Positions 1-10,368 of a DNA stretch of 64,000 nucleotides are shown one piece after another. Positions within the stretch are counted from its first letter, which is position 1; each line of letters begins with the position of its first letter. The position numbers and the translations under genes are program-made. The stretch lies in assembly GCA_963664405.1 (NCBI GenBank), contig OY761158.1:2816001-2880000 (forward strand), written 5' to 3'. This DNA is from Thermoanaerobaculia bacterium (GTDB lineage: Bacteria > Acidobacteriota > Thermoanaerobaculia > Multivoradales > Multivoraceae). The notes under the pieces were generated by a model. The model ran no database searches. It had not been told where the DNA came from and saw nothing but the letters and a program-made list of their open reading frames with translations.

Positions 1-493
1 CGCCACCGAAGAGGCCGGTCTTGCCACCGCGGGTATAGGGCTCCAGAAGATCGATGACCTTGATGCCGGTCTCGAACATCTCCGTCTCGGTCGACTGCTC
101 CTCGAAGGGCGGCGCTTCGCGATGAATCGACCATCGCTCGGTGTGCTCGACCTCACCGAGTGTGTCGACAGGCTCGCCGAGCACGTTGAGGACCCGCCCC
201 AGAGTGCCGGGTCCAACCGGAACCGTGATGGGCTCTCCGCGGTCGACCGCCGACATGCCTCGAACGAGGCCCTCTGTGGGCTGCATGGCGATTGCTCGGA
301 CGAGGTTCTCGCCCAGGTGCTGGGCGATCTCGGCGACGAGTTTCACGGGAACCCCGGTTTCGGTGCCTGGGTCGTTGATCTCGATGGCATTGAGGATTGG
401 GGGTAGACCGCCGGCGCCCTCGAACGAGATGTCGAGGACAGGGCCAATGACCTGTACCACCTTTCCGATTAGCTTCTCTTGGCTGTCGCTCAT
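1..493 (-). CDS. atpD: F0F1 ATP synthase subunit beta (5' part; runs off window)
   Basis: ATG at 493 reads [24 protein letters not shown]...[25 protein letters not shown]; lies downstream of atpG. Confidence 0.97.
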   Translation of the reverse strand, partial: MSDSQEKLIGKVVQVIGPVLDISFEGAGGLPPILNAIEINDPGTETGVPVKLVAEIAQHLGENLVRAIAMQPTEGLVRGMSAVDRGEPITVPVGPGTLGRVLNVLGEPVDTLGEVEHTERWSIHREAPPFEEQSTETEMFETGIKVIDLLEPYTRGGKTGLFGG

Positions 494-524
494 GTTCTTC
501 CTCGTAGCTCTGTCTGCCTCATCC

Positions 525-1379
525 TCAGCCTTCGAGCGCCTGGGCGCCGGAGACGACTTCGATGAGCTCCGTGGTAATCGCGGCTTGCCGCGATCGGTTG
601 TAAGTCAGGGTCAGACGATCGATGAGCTCTCCGGCGTTCTTGGTCGCGCCGTCCATCGCCGTCATCCGCGCGGCGTGCTCCGCGGCTTGAGAATCCAAGA
701 GCATGCGATGCACCTGGGTGGTTACGTAGCCCGGAACCACTTCACCCAGAATCTCCGAACGGGAGGGCTCGAAGATGTAGTCTCGGCTCTCTGCCGACTC
801 TGCGCCCGCGCTCTCGGTCACCAGGGGTAGGAGCCGCTCGAGCGTTTGCTTTTGAGTCATCACCGAGATGAACTGGTTGTAGATGATGTAGACGGCATCG
901 TACTCGTGCTGGGTATAGGCCTCGGAGATGTCCTTGGCGATCTCCTCCGCCACCTTGAGAGTGACGTTCGTGAAGAGCGAGGTATGGGCAGCCCTGATCG
1001 GCTGGGGCCAATTCTTGAAGAAATCAGCGCCTCGCCTGCCCAAGAGCAGGAGCTCGACTTCGTCGCGCTCGCTCAACTCCTGGCGTGCCTGCCGGATGAT
1101 GTTGGTGTTGAAGGAGCCGCACAGGCCCTTGTCGCCCGTGACGACGGCGAGGAGGATCTTCTTTTCCTCTCGCTGTTCCAGCAAAGGGTGTCCGCCCTCG
1201 CCCAAAGAGGAGAGGTTGCTCACGACCACGCGCAGCTTCTCGGCGTAGGGCCGCGCCGCCAGGATGCGATCCTGACTGCGGCGCAAACGTGCCGCCGCCA
1301 CCATCTTCATGGCACGGGTGATCTGTTGGATGTTCTTGACCGAGCGAATTCGCCGGCGAAGATCGATGAGACTTGCCAT
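525..1379 (-). CDS. atpG: F0F1 ATP synthase subunit gamma
   Basis: [23 protein letters not shown] and [16 protein letters not shown] motifs. Confidence 0.98.
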   Translation of the reverse strand: MASLIDLRRRIRSVKNIQQITRAMKMVAAARLRRSQDRILAARPYAEKLRVVVSNLSSLGEGGHPLLEQREEKKILLAVVTGDKGLCGSFNTNIIRQARQELSERDEVELLLLGRRGADFFKNWPQPIRAAHTSLFTNVTLKVAEEIAKDISEAYTQHEYDAVYIIYNQFISVMTQKQTLERLLPLVTESAGAESAESRDYIFEPSRSEILGEVVPGYVTTQVHRMLLDSQAAEHAARMTAMDGATKNAGELIDRLTLTYNRSRQAAITTELIEVVSGAQALEG

Positions 1380-1431
1380 GACTAAAAGAGAGCGTGTTGT
1401 TTGAAGAGCGCTGAGCTAGTGAGATCGGCGC

Positions 1432-2967
1432 TCAGGCGACCTTTGCTTCCGGCTGCTCCTCCAGGTACACGCCGCGGGCTTCTGCCATGGCTTCCTGGAG
1501 AGACGTGGAAAGCTGGTCGGAGATTTTCCCCTCGCGAGTGATCTCGTCGAGGAGCTCCTTTTTCTGCTCTTTTAAGTAACGATGCATATGGGCTTCGAAG
1601 CTCCTCACATGCTCGACCTCGATCGAGTCGAGGAGCCCCTTGGTGCCGGCAAAAACCGAGAGCACCTGGAGCTCGACAGGCATCGGTACGTACTGGTCCT
1701 GCTTCAGAATCTCGACCAACCGCTCGCCACGCGCCAGCTGGGCTTGGGTGACCTGATCGAGGTCCGAGCCGAACTGGGAGAAGGCAGCCAATTCTCGAAA
1801 CTGTGCGAGCTCCAGACGTAGAGTACCCGCCGTCTTGCGCATGGCGTTGGTTTGAGCCGCTCCGCCCACTCGCGACACCGAGATACCGACGTTGACCGCA
1901 GGCCGCTGACCCGAGTTGAAGAGGTCGCTTTCCAGGAAGATCTGCCCGTCGGTGATGGAAATCACATTGGTCGGGATGTAAGCCGAGACGTCCCCGGCCT
2001 GGGTCTCGATGATCGGTAGCGCTGTGAGCGATCCGCCGCCGTTGGCTTCAGAAAGCTTCGCCGCCCGCTCGAGCAACCGAGAGTGGAGATAAAAGACGTC
2101 TCCCGGATAAGCCTCTCGCCCCGGCGGTCGCCGTAGCAGGAGCGAGATTTCCCGGTATGAGGCGGCCTGCTTCGAAAGGTCATCGTAGATAACCAGTGCG
2201 TGGCCGCCGTTGTAGAGAAAGTACTCGCCCATAGCGCATCCCGCGTAGGGGGCGATGTACTGCAGCGGTGCCGGCTCCGATGCCGAGGCGGCGACCACGA
2301 TGGTGTGATCCATGGCCCCGTGGTCTTCCAGCGTCTTCACGATCTGGGCGATCGTCGACCGCTTCTGGCCGATAGCGACGTAGATGCAGATGACGCCGGT
2401 GTCTTTGTTGTTGATGATGGCATCGATCGCGACCGCGGTCTTACCGGTCTGGCGGTCACCGATGATCAGCTCACGCTGGCCGCGACCGATCGGAATCATT
2501 GTGTCGATGGCCTTGAGCCCAGTCTGCAGCGGCTCCTTCACCGGTTGGCGGTCGATGACGCCGGGTGCGATCCGTTCCAGCGGATAGTTCTCAGAGGAGG
2601 CGATGGGACCTTTTCCGTCCACCGGCCTGCCGAGCGGATCCACCACACGGCCAACCAGCGCCTGGCCCACGGGTACCTCCAGAACGCGACCCGTACGACG
2701 GACCTCGTCGCCCTCCTGGATCCCTCTGGACGCGCCCATGAGGACGGCGCCGATTTGATCCTCCTCCAGGTTCAGGGCGAGGCCGTAGATCTCGTTCGGA
2801 AATGCGAGAAGCTCGCCCGCCATGGCGCCTTCGAGGCCATAGACGCGCGCGATGCCGTCGCCGACACTGAGAACGGTCCCGACTTCTGCGACGTCGACGT
2901 CAGCCTCGTAGCCCTCCAGGTGTCGCTGGAGGATCGCGGTTATCTCGTCAGCTCTAATCTGTTCCAT
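1432..2967 (-). CDS. atpA: F0F1 ATP synthase subunit alpha
   Basis: [10 protein letters not shown], Walker [30 protein letters not shown]; GGAG upstream of ATG 2967. Confidence 0.98.
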   Translation of the reverse strand: MEQIRADEITAILQRHLEGYEADVDVAEVGTVLSVGDGIARVYGLEGAMAGELLAFPNEIYGLALNLEEDQIGAVLMGASRGIQEGDEVRRTGRVLEVPVGQALVGRVVDPLGRPVDGKGPIASSENYPLERIAPGVIDRQPVKEPLQTGLKAIDTMIPIGRGQRELIIGDRQTGKTAVAIDAIINNKDTGVICIYVAIGQKRSTIAQIVKTLEDHGAMDHTIVVAASASEPAPLQYIAPYAGCAMGEYFLYNGGHALVIYDDLSKQAASYREISLLLRRPPGREAYPGDVFYLHSRLLERAAKLSEANGGGSLTALPIIETQAGDVSAYIPTNVISITDGQIFLESDLFNSGQRPAVNVGISVSRVGGAAQTNAMRKTAGTLRLELAQFRELAAFSQFGSDLDQVTQAQLARGERLVEILKQDQYVPMPVELQVLSVFAGTKGLLDSIEVEHVRSFEAHMHRYLKEQKKELLDEITREGKISDQLSTSLQEAMAEARGVYLEEQPEAKVA

Positions 2968-2979
2968 TGAACTCAACTC

Positions 2980-3519
2980 CTATGGCTGTGCCATGGCGGT
3001 CGCGAGACGGTTCAGTTGCCCGTTGAGACTGGCGTCGTAGCGTCGGCTGCCGATTCGAGCGACGAACCCGCCCAAGAGCTCGGGGTTCGCGCCGAAGGTC
3101 AACCTGACCCGCTGTTGCAGCATGCGCTCGAGCACGGTCGCGAGACGGTTCTCCTGGGCTTCCTCGAGCGGCCGCGCGGCGGTGATATCGGCGGTGACGA
3201 CACCGCTTTGCCGGTCATGTATCTCGTCGACAGATGCGAGAACCAACTCGATGTGACCGAGCCGGTAATTCTTCACTAATAGATCGAACAGCCTCTGGGT
3301 GAGGCGGCCTAGCTCGAGCTCTTTTCCTATTGCTTCGAGAACGCTGTCCTTGGCTGCTCGCGGAACGCCGGGGTTCGCCGCCATCCGCAAGATCTCGGGG
3401 ACCTGCCGGCAGGCCTCCGCCAGTCGCGCCAGATCGTCGCGGGCGGCTTTGCCCTCTTCCTGCCCGCCTGCGGCGGCGAGAAAGGCTCTGGCGTAGGGTC
3501 GGGCGATGCGGACGCTCAT
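2980..3519 (-). CDS. atpH: F0F1 ATP synthase subunit delta
   Basis: IARPYARA N-terminus, LLGGFVARIGSRRYDASL C-terminus; operon position. Confidence 0.95.
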   Translation of the reverse strand: MSVRIARPYARAFLAAAGGQEEGKAARDDLARLAEACRQVPEILRMAANPGVPRAAKDSVLEAIGKELELGRLTQRLFDLLVKNYRLGHIELVLASVDEIHDRQSGVVTADITAARPLEEAQENRLATVLERMLQQRVRLTFGANPELLGGFVARIGSRRYDASLNGQLNRLATAMAQP

Positions 3520-4103
3520 TCCACCTCCCGCTCGAGGCGGGTCACACTATCGTCGAAGATGCGGTCTAGGTCGCTGGGCTCGATCTCGTCTTGGATCTGC
3601 TGCCGCGCGAGGTCGGCGGCGATGCGAGCGGTGTGCGCTGTCAGTTCTTCTCGTGCCTGATCCACTCGAAGGCGGATCTCCTCCTGTGTTCGCGTCAGGA
3701 GCCGTTCACGCTCGAACTCTGCTTGGGCGAGGATCTCCTCTCTTTCGCGGTGCGCATCAGCCTCCGCACGCGTGAGGATCTCATCCATCTCTTGCTTCAG
3801 CTCCGCGATCTGGCCTTCGAGGGAGGCCTTCATGTTCTCGGCGTCCTGCCGCTGCTGGCGCGATCTTTCCAGATCTTCCCGGATCCCCTTGGCTCGCGTT
3901 TCCAGAAAACTGCGGATCGGGGGTACAACGAAATACCCCAGAACGCCGAGAAAGAGAAGCAGGTTTGCCCACAGCCAGATCCACCGAGGAAGCCCCAGAA
4001 ACGTGTCTGAGCCCTCGCCTCCCTCTGAGGCGAGAAGAGTAGGACTCAGGAGTGCCGCTAGCAGCGCTGCCTGCACCCAAACGAGGCGCTGTCTTTTCTT
4101 CAC
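3516..4103 (-). CDS. atpF: F0 ATP synthase subunit b
   Basis: Hydrophobic N-terminal segments then charged coiled coil; immediately upstream of atpH with a 4-bp overlap. Confidence 0.88.
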   Translation of the reverse strand: MKKRQRLVWVQAALLAALLSPTLLASEGGEGSDTFLGLPRWIWLWANLLLFLGVLGYFVVPPIRSFLETRAKGIREDLERSRQQRQDAENMKASLEGQIAELKQEMDEILTRAEADAHREREEILAQAEFERERLLTRTQEEIRLRVDQAREELTAHTARIAADLARQQIQDEIEPSDLDRIFDDSVTRLEREVE

Positions 4104-4522
4104 GCCGGTCTTCCGAGCAGGTTGGCAGCCATCTGCCTTGCTATCGACTGCGCTCTCTCGCCGAGAGTCTGTCGCTCATGTGCTACCTGGGACTCGAGCT
4201 CGAGACGAGCCTCGTTGAGCTCGCCTTGAACCTGTGTTTTGACCTCGGACAGCATCGCGAGTCTCTTGTCCTGCGCCTCTCGGCGCTGCTGCTCGCGCTG
4301 CGCCATCGCTTCGCGGCGCGCCTCGGCAAGCCGCGTGCGCTCCTCATCGATCGATTTCGCGGTCTCGTTCAGGGCCTCGTCGTAAATGGTCTGAGCGCTG
4401 CTGACGCGAGTTTCTCTCTCGTCGAGCAGCCGCATCATTGGACTGAAGAAAAACACTCGCAGGATGACGTAGGTAATCCAGAAGATCCCCATAATCACCA
4501 GGAGACTGGCGTCGAAACTCAC
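4100..4522 (-). CDS. atpF2: F0 ATP synthase subunit b'
   Basis: One TM helix, FFSPMMRLLDERE, coiled coil; first gene of the operon. Confidence 0.85.
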   Translation of the reverse strand: MSFDASLLVIMGIFWITYVILRVFFFSPMMRLLDERETRVSSAQTIYDEALNETAKSIDEERTRLAEARREAMAQREQQRREAQDKRLAMLSEVKTQVQGELNEARLELESQVAHERQTLGERAQSIARQMAANLLGRPA

Positions 4523-4713
4523 CGCGCTGGATCCTTTGACTTGAGATGCCCCGATACGTCCCAGAAGAGGGGCCAGAAACGCGCGGAATTTACCATGGCC
4601 CTAGCGGAGGGTCAAGCAAGGAAGACGCTCCAAAGTCGGTCGCTGGGGTACTCCCTTTCAAGGTCAATATAATTAGGCCGAGCAGCCTGGATGACGACAC
4701 TCCCGAGGTCGAA

Positions 4714-5313
4714 ATGAGCTCCGAATACGACGCCTTTCTCGGCCCATCGAAACCCTCGCTCGAGTCCTCACATCTGGATGTGGTCAGAGCCCATTTTCGT
4801 GAGGCCAGCCTTCCCTATACCTCTTCTCCTTTGCCCTGGTTCGCTTGGGCCATCGTACTCCCGGCCTCCGCCTTTGCTACTCCTTTTGTCGCCGAGAGAT
4901 TCAGCTGGATCGGAGTGCTCCTGCAGTGGTCCCTGACCATTCTTCTCGGAGGGGCCTTCGAGATCGGCTCGATGCGGCAGCAGAGGGGCCCCTTGGTTTC
5001 GAGGGCGATCTCCTCCTGGGTCTTTGGCGTGCAGGCCAATCTCTCACTGGTAGCGATCGCTCTCTCCTGTCTGCTGCTTTGGCAGCAGGCGGCCTGGGCG
5101 CTCCCTGGACTCTGGCTCTTGTTACTCGGGCACTCCTTCGCAGCATTCGGCGGCCTTTCGTTCCCGGGTCTGCGCCAGATGGGGCTGCTCTACCAGCTTG
5201 GCGGCTTCATAGCCTTGTGGCCCAGCGGGCATCCGCTTCTGGTGCTAGGGCTGACGACTTTCGTTGCCAACATGTGGATGGCGACTACAGTGCTGCGCCG
5301 CCGGGATACTTGA
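4714..5313 (+). CDS. hypothetical integral membrane protein
   Basis: About six hydrophobic segments; TATAAT near 4668 and GAGG upstream of ATG 4714. Confidence 0.65.
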   Translation: MSSEYDAFLGPSKPSLESSHLDVVRAHFREASLPYTSSPLPWFAWAIVLPASAFATPFVAERFSWIGVLLQWSLTILLGGAFEIGSMRQQRGPLVSRAISSWVFGVQANLSLVAIALSCLLLWQQAAWALPGLWLLLLGHSFAAFGGLSFPGLRQMGLLYQLGGFIALWPSGHPLLVLGLTTFVANMWMATTVLRRRDT

Positions 5314-5899
5314 AGGTCAACGACCGACTCAGCCAGTCGCTCAAGGAGACTCCCTTCATCGCTGAAAGCACGGGCAGGCCGGCAAGGGCTAGAGTGATAA
5401 GGGCGCCGAGCCATCTGAGGGCGGCTTGCCGGAAGCTGAGCGGACGTTGAAGGCGGTCCTGGGAGGACAGTCTGAACCAGGCCATTCCGGCCGTCTGCCC
5501 CCAGAAGGCCAGGGAGACAACCGTGTAGAGAAATGAGAAGGCGAGGAGCAGTAGCGCCAACGCTGGCCAATGATCGAGCTGTGGTTGAACCGCCATCGCC
5601 GAGAGCCCGAGTGAGACGCCGGCGAATACGCCGGCGTGAATGAGGAGGTCGGCGGCTCCGCTCAAGTAGCGCGAGGCGAGGCTCGCGATCACCGGCTCGT
5701 CTTCACTGACGAGCTCTTCGCCTCCTTCGGGCGAGTCCTCCTCCTGGGAGCCCTCAGGGTCGAAGAGACCCGCCTGCTCTGGAGATGGCTGAGGCACCGT
5801 CGAAAGGCGCTCGACGTAGGCTTCTTCGGGACCCTCTAAGGGCAGGTCGAAGAGAAGCGGCTCGACGTCGGCCGGCTGTCTGCGCTGTTTCTTCTTCAA
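5285..5899 (-). CDS. RDD family protein
   Basis: ASLASRYLSGAADLL, FWGQTAGM, RQAALRW pattern; acidic N-terminal tail. Confidence 0.8.
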   Translation of the reverse strand: MKKKQRRQPADVEPLLFDLPLEGPEEAYVERLSTVPQPSPEQAGLFDPEGSQEEDSPEGGEELVSEDEPVIASLASRYLSGAADLLIHAGVFAGVSLGLSAMAVQPQLDHWPALALLLLAFSFLYTVVSLAFWGQTAGMAWFRLSSQDRLQRPLSFRQAALRWLGALITLALAGLPVLSAMKGVSLSDWLSRSLTFKYPGGAAL

Positions 5900-7689
5900 C
5901 GGCGGAAGGCCAACTCACCGACGTAGATATCGTAAAGAAGGTCTCTGGGGTACTCGAGATAGGTCTTGACGAAGAGACTCAAGCGCGCGATTTGCTCGTC
6001 GTCGGGGCTCAAGCGGCTCGCTTCCTCGGCATGCTCCTCGGCAGCCTGAGGCTCGCCGCGTCGTAGCTCGCGGACGGTGAGGTTGTAGTAGCTGCTCGTC
6101 AAGAGCGATACAACGTCGCGGTTTCCTGGATCTTGATCCAGGTGGCGCCACAGGCTCGGCAGTGCGAGCTCCCACTGGCGCTGCTGATAAAGGTCGATCT
6201 GCTGCGCAAGGGGCTCGAGCTGCCGCATCGAATCGTCGAGCAGAGCCGCTTCGGCGGCGGAGAGCGGCGCCATCAAAGAGGCCTTTGTGAACAGTTGCGC
6301 GGCCTGCAAATACTCGCGGTCGTCATAGGCCGTTCGCCCATCGGAGATGAGGCTCCGGTGACGCTCTTCCTCCTCGCCGGTGAGCAGTGGGGCCTCGGGC
6401 TCGACGCGCGCCTCCAGTTCCGCCTCCCATTGAGCGAGCAGTCGTCTTGCCTCCAGGAAGTCCTTGTCGGAGGAGCCGATCGCCATCAGAAGGCCCATCG
6501 CTTCATCTTGACTTCCGTCGGCGTAGAGCTGAGTGATCCTTGCGATGCGCTCGGCATCGGCGTCGGTCGCTTCGTCCACCACGTTGGGGAAGAGACGCCC
6601 CCAGTTACTGAAAAGCAGCCAGGCGGCGATCAGCACAATGGCGAAAACGCCGCTGCCAATCGCGAAGAACGGGTTGATCGGCTTTCCCTTGGCCCTCGCC
6701 GACATACGGTAGGTCGGGTCGGCGACGCGGGGAGGCTGATCGACATCAGCACTCGCGGGCTCGGCGTCCGCAGCAGCGGGCCGCTCGGCGGCTGCTTCTG
6801 TCCCGTCTACTCCCTCTTGGTCCGCCTGCGCTTCGCCTACCGCTGAGCTCGCGTCGCCCGACTGCAGCCCCTCGAGGTAGTCTCGCGCGGCTACGTTGTT
6901 CGGCTGGATGCGGAGAACGCGGTTGAAGGCCGCGATTGCGTCTTCGGTGCGGCCGTCTTCGGAGAAGCCCACCGCCTGATGGAAGATCTCTTCAACCTGG
7001 CGGTCTCGCTCTTCGTTCAACTGGCGCGCGAGGTCGATTCGGCGTGTTGCCTCTTCGTGATCGATGTCGATGAGAAAGATTCGTGACCAGGAGTCGATTG
7101 CTTCCTGGTAGCGCTCGTCGTCGAAAGCAGCCTGGCCTTCACCAAGGAGCGTTTCGATTTTGTCCGAGCCGTCACGGTCGGTGTCGGGAGTGCTCGGCAC
7201 CGGATCGTCGTTTGAGAGAGGGCTCTGCAAGTCTGCGACGATCGCGGTTTCTTCCGTGCCTGTCGCTTGACTGTCCGTCGCCTCTTGAGCGGCAGCTTCG
7301 GATGCGGGCGCTTCGGTAGCGGGCGGCGGCGCCGGAGCGGACGCGGGTCCGGTCTCCACGGGCGGCGGTTCGCCCTCCGCCATGGGTGCCTCCAGTTCTT
7401 CCTTGCTCAGTCGCACCGTCTTCAACACCTCCGGCTCGGAGGGTGCGGCGGCCTCTGCAGCCGGTGCGGCTGTCAGGTCGCCTGTCTCGACGGGTCCAGT
7501 AGCATCTGCCAATCGTTGCTGCAAGACCAAGGCGGGAGTGAAAAGAGGATCCAGCCGCAACATGAAGTCGCAGCCGAGGCGAGCCTCCTGCACTTTTCCA
7601 TCAGCCGCCAGCTGCGACGTCTGCTCCAGGGTGCCAAGAACCCGCTCCTGGATCTGAGGGTCTAGATTGGGATCTCCTGGATAGCTCAT
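5896..7689 (-). CDS. membrane-anchored tetratricopeptide repeat protein
   Basis: TPR-like repeats (YQEAIDSWSRIFLIDIDH, AIAAFNRVLRIQPNN), Pro/Ala linkers, central TM helix. Confidence 0.75.
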   Translation of the reverse strand: MSYPGDPNLDPQIQERVLGTLEQTSQLAADGKVQEARLGCDFMLRLDPLFTPALVLQQRLADATGPVETGDLTAAPAAEAAAPSEPEVLKTVRLSKEELEAPMAEGEPPPVETGPASAPAPPPATEAPASEAAAQEATDSQATGTEETAIVADLQSPLSNDDPVPSTPDTDRDGSDKIETLLGEGQAAFDDERYQEAIDSWSRIFLIDIDHEEATRRIDLARQLNEERDRQVEEIFHQAVGFSEDGRTEDAIAAFNRVLRIQPNNVAARDYLEGLQSGDASSAVGEAQADQEGVDGTEAAAERPAAADAEPASADVDQPPRVADPTYRMSARAKGKPINPFFAIGSGVFAIVLIAAWLLFSNWGRLFPNVVDEATDADAERIARITQLYADGSQDEAMGLLMAIGSSDKDFLEARRLLAQWEAELEARVEPEAPLLTGEEEERHRSLISDGRTAYDDREYLQAAQLFTKASLMAPLSAAEAALLDDSMRQLEPLAQQIDLYQQRQWELALPSLWRHLDQDPGNRDVVSLLTSSYYNLTVRELRRGEPQAAEEHAEEASRLSPDDEQIARLSLFVKTYLEYPRDLLYDIYVGELAFRR

Positions 7690-7788
7690 GTCACGGCCAC
7701 TGCGCAAAGAACACAAGCGATGGTAACAGAGGGCGTTGGCGGCGGACAATCCGAGCGGCCCTCTGCGGCTCGCGAATATACTCCACGC

Positions 7789-8733
7789 GTGACCTTGCTG
7801 GAGACCGTCCCCAACCTGAGCGAGGGCCGCGATCAGAAGGTGATCGACTCGGTCACGGAGGCCTTGGCGTCAGCTGTCGGGGTGCGCGTGCTCGACGTCT
7901 CCTCGGACCCGGATCACAACCGCTCGGTGATCAGTGCGGTTGGAGAGGCAGCTTGTCTCGAGGCCGGCCTTCTGCGAATGTACGAAACAGCGCTGGCTGG
8001 AGTCGACCTCTCGCTGCACTCAGGTGCTCACCCCAGAGTGGGAGCCGTCGACGTAGTTCCCTTCGTGCCAATCGAAGGAAGCTCGATGGCCTCGGCGGTC
8101 GCGGCGGCTCGGAGTCTCGGGCGTAGAGTGGCCCAGGAGCTCGACATTCCGGTATTTCTGTACGGTGAGGCTACCGAGTGCGGTGAGCCACGACGCCCTG
8201 TCTCGGTGCGCCGTGGCGGAGTCGAAGCTCTCGCCGGCCGTCTGGCAGCGGGCCGGATCCGGCCCGACTTCGGCCCCGTCGAGTTGGATCGTCGGCGTGG
8301 TGCGACCTTGGTTGGGGCACGCGGGCCGATGGTTGCATTCAATGTGACGCTCTCGGTGTCCGGGTCGGAGCCGGCGCAAACCATCGCTCGGGCTATCCGA
8401 GAGCGCGATGGAGGCATGCCGGGGGTTCAGGCTCTGGGTCTCGCCTTTTCTCGCCGACGAGGTGCCCAAGTCAGCGTCAATCTCTTCGAGGCGGCCGGAA
8501 CCACGCTCTACTCAGTGCTTACCCGTATCCAGGAAGAGGCGCTGGCTGTTGGGGTCGAAGTTAGAGAGAGCGAGATCGTGGGCCTGGTGCCGGAGGCCGC
8601 CCTTCTCGGGGCTACTGCCCAAGCTCTCCAGCTACCTCAGCTCCGCCGCCGCCAGGTGCTGGAGTCGTACCTCGAGCGAAGCCCGCTGCCAGCCGCCGCG
8701 GCAGGCCCTCGAAGCTTCCCGAAGACATCGTGA
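7789..8733 (+). CDS. ftcD: glutamate formimidoyltransferase
   Basis: ETVPNLSEGRD, DPDHNRSV, HPRVGAVDVVPFVP, SEIVGLVP; GTG start. Confidence 0.9.
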   Translation: MTLLETVPNLSEGRDQKVIDSVTEALASAVGVRVLDVSSDPDHNRSVISAVGEAACLEAGLLRMYETALAGVDLSLHSGAHPRVGAVDVVPFVPIEGSSMASAVAAARSLGRRVAQELDIPVFLYGEATECGEPRRPVSVRRGGVEALAGRLAAGRIRPDFGPVELDRRRGATLVGARGPMVAFNVTLSVSGSEPAQTIARAIRERDGGMPGVQALGLAFSRRRGAQVSVNLFEAAGTTLYSVLTRIQEEALAVGVEVRESEIVGLVPEAALLGATAQALQLPQLRRRQVLESYLERSPLPAAAAGPRSFPKTS

Positions 8734-10075
8734 CGATAACTTCCCCTCGTGGTCCTTCTGCGAGAACGCCGGCGAGCAGCTCGTCGATCGAGTCCCAAAT
8801 GTGGGTCGCAACGCCGCTGCGCCCGAGCGCCCGGGCGAGCTCGTCGAAGTCGATCCGTTCACTATCGTTCAATCGCTTGGCGTGGAAAACAGGTGCCAGG
8901 TGGACCACGTCGGCGCAAGAGAAGGCCTGAAGGTAGGCGTCGCGGAGGAAGCTTCGGCCGCTGGTCAGCGAGCGTGGCTCGAAGACGGCGACGACGGAGC
9001 GCCCCGGGAAGCCCTGGCGGATCGCGACGAGGGTGGTCTCGATCTCAGTTGGGTGATGAGCGAAGTCGTCGATCACGACCACTTCCTCTTCCTCCAGTAC
9101 GACCTCCAAGCGGCGGTGCGCTCCCTGAAACGTACGGAAGGCCTCCTGAATGCCTTCGATCGGTAGATTGTCTCGACGAGCCAGCGCCCAGACTGCCAGC
9201 GCGTTGCGAAGGTTGTGCTCCCCCGGCACCTGTAGGCTCAGATCGACCGCGCCCTCGACTTTGTCGTTGACGCGAAATCGAGTGCCTTCAGCGGTCAGCT
9301 CGGGCGGAGCCAGCGGATGTACGTCCTGCTCTTTACCGAGACCGTAGGTCGTTACCTGGCAGGGGGCGCCGGGGAGAAGGTCAGCGACCCCAGTGGCCTC
9401 GCCATCGGCAATCAGTGCACCCTCGGCCGGCAAGATTGCGAGAAGGGAGGCGAAGGCGGCGCGAAAGCTCTCTGGATCGGGGTATAGATCGACATGATCG
9501 TGCTCTACCCCCGTCAAAATGACCGTTTCAGGGCGATAGTGGAGGAATTTTGGTCCTCGATCGAAGTAAGCGGCGTTGTATTCGTCACCTTCGACGAGAA
9601 ATCTACGCCCACGGCCCTTGGCAAAGCTCGTTGGCAAGTCGCGGGGCAGCCCGCCGATGAGATAGCCGGGATCCTCACCACATAGGTGGTAGACCCAGGC
9701 AGCGAGAGTCGTGGTCGTGGTCTTGCCGTGAGTGCCGGCGATCACTACCGGTGAGCGGCCCTCGAGGAAGAAGTGGCCTAGGGCTTCTGGCATCGACATG
9801 CGCTCGAGGTCGAGGCTCTCCAGGGCCTCGGCCTGAGGGTTGGTTCGAGGCACGGCGTTGCCGACGATGACCAGATCCGGGAGCGGCTCGAGATGCCGCG
9901 GATCGAATCCCGGCAACGGCTGAATACCCTCGTTCTCCAGTAGAGTGCTCATCGGTGGGTACAGAGGGCCGTCCGATCCTCGCACCTGGTACCCTTCTTG
10001 CTTGAGAAGGCACGCGAGTGGAGCCACGCCGGTGCCGCCTATGGCGATAATGTGAATCGTACGGAGGTCTTTCAT
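8612..10075 (-). CDS. mpl: murein peptide ligase (Mpl/MurC family)
   Basis: IGGTG, GSDGPLYPPMS, GTHGKTTTT, EGDEY...YFDRGPKF, DDFAHHPT, FEPRS, MSSGSF. Confidence 0.88.
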   Translation of the reverse strand: MKDLRTIHIIAIGGTGVAPLACLLKQEGYQVRGSDGPLYPPMSTLLENEGIQPLPGFDPRHLEPLPDLVIVGNAVPRTNPQAEALESLDLERMSMPEALGHFFLEGRSPVVIAGTHGKTTTTTLAAWVYHLCGEDPGYLIGGLPRDLPTSFAKGRGRRFLVEGDEYNAAYFDRGPKFLHYRPETVILTGVEHDHVDLYPDPESFRAAFASLLAILPAEGALIADGEATGVADLLPGAPCQVTTYGLGKEQDVHPLAPPELTAEGTRFRVNDKVEGAVDLSLQVPGEHNLRNALAVWALARRDNLPIEGIQEAFRTFQGAHRRLEVVLEEEEVVVIDDFAHHPTEIETTLVAIRQGFPGRSVVAVFEPRSLTSGRSFLRDAYLQAFSCADVVHLAPVFHAKRLNDSERIDFDELARALGRSGVATHIWDSIDELLAGVLAEGPRGEVIVTMSSGSFEGLPRRLAAGFARGTTPAPGGGGAEVAGELGQ

Positions 10076-10109
10076 TAACATCACGCTGCGGATTGGACGC
10101 TGGGTTTAC

Positions 10110-10277
10110 CTAGTGGACCGTAACACCCAGACGTTGAGCGCCTGAGCGGCCCTCGCGGCCGATCTCTGCGTTACGCTTCCTCGACATAGTCCCCGATATG
10201 CCTGCGTCAGCGCGCCTTGATCTCGACCACGAATGACTCACTCAGCCACTAAACGTTCGAGTGTTACGGTCCACGAG
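10110..10277 (-). repeat. ~167-bp palindromic intergenic element, copy A
   Basis: Perfect 14-bp inverted repeat GTGGACCGTAACAC (10113-10126 / 10261-10274); the minus-strand core CAAGGCGCGCTGACGCAGGCATATCGGGGACTATGTCGAGGAAGCGTAACGCAG matches copies B and C. Confidence 0.9.
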
Positions 10278-10368
10278 TCGTTTATTGCGTTTTTACAGAG
10301 AGCGGGCTAGCGTCGGCTGGCCGCGACCCATCGTCATGGGAGTATCCCACGGCGCTCGAGGAGCAGAA

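Noticed and set aside
122-2970. Plus-strand ORFs over the atp genes, and similar long antisense ORFs elsewhere (e.g. 33174-34247, 36848-37945)
   Set aside because: Shadow ORFs typical of high-GC DNA, opposite well-supported genes and without motifs.
7267-7480. Pro/Ala/Glu-rich stretch as a tandem repeat
   Set aside because: Low-complexity protein linker with no nucleotide periodicity.
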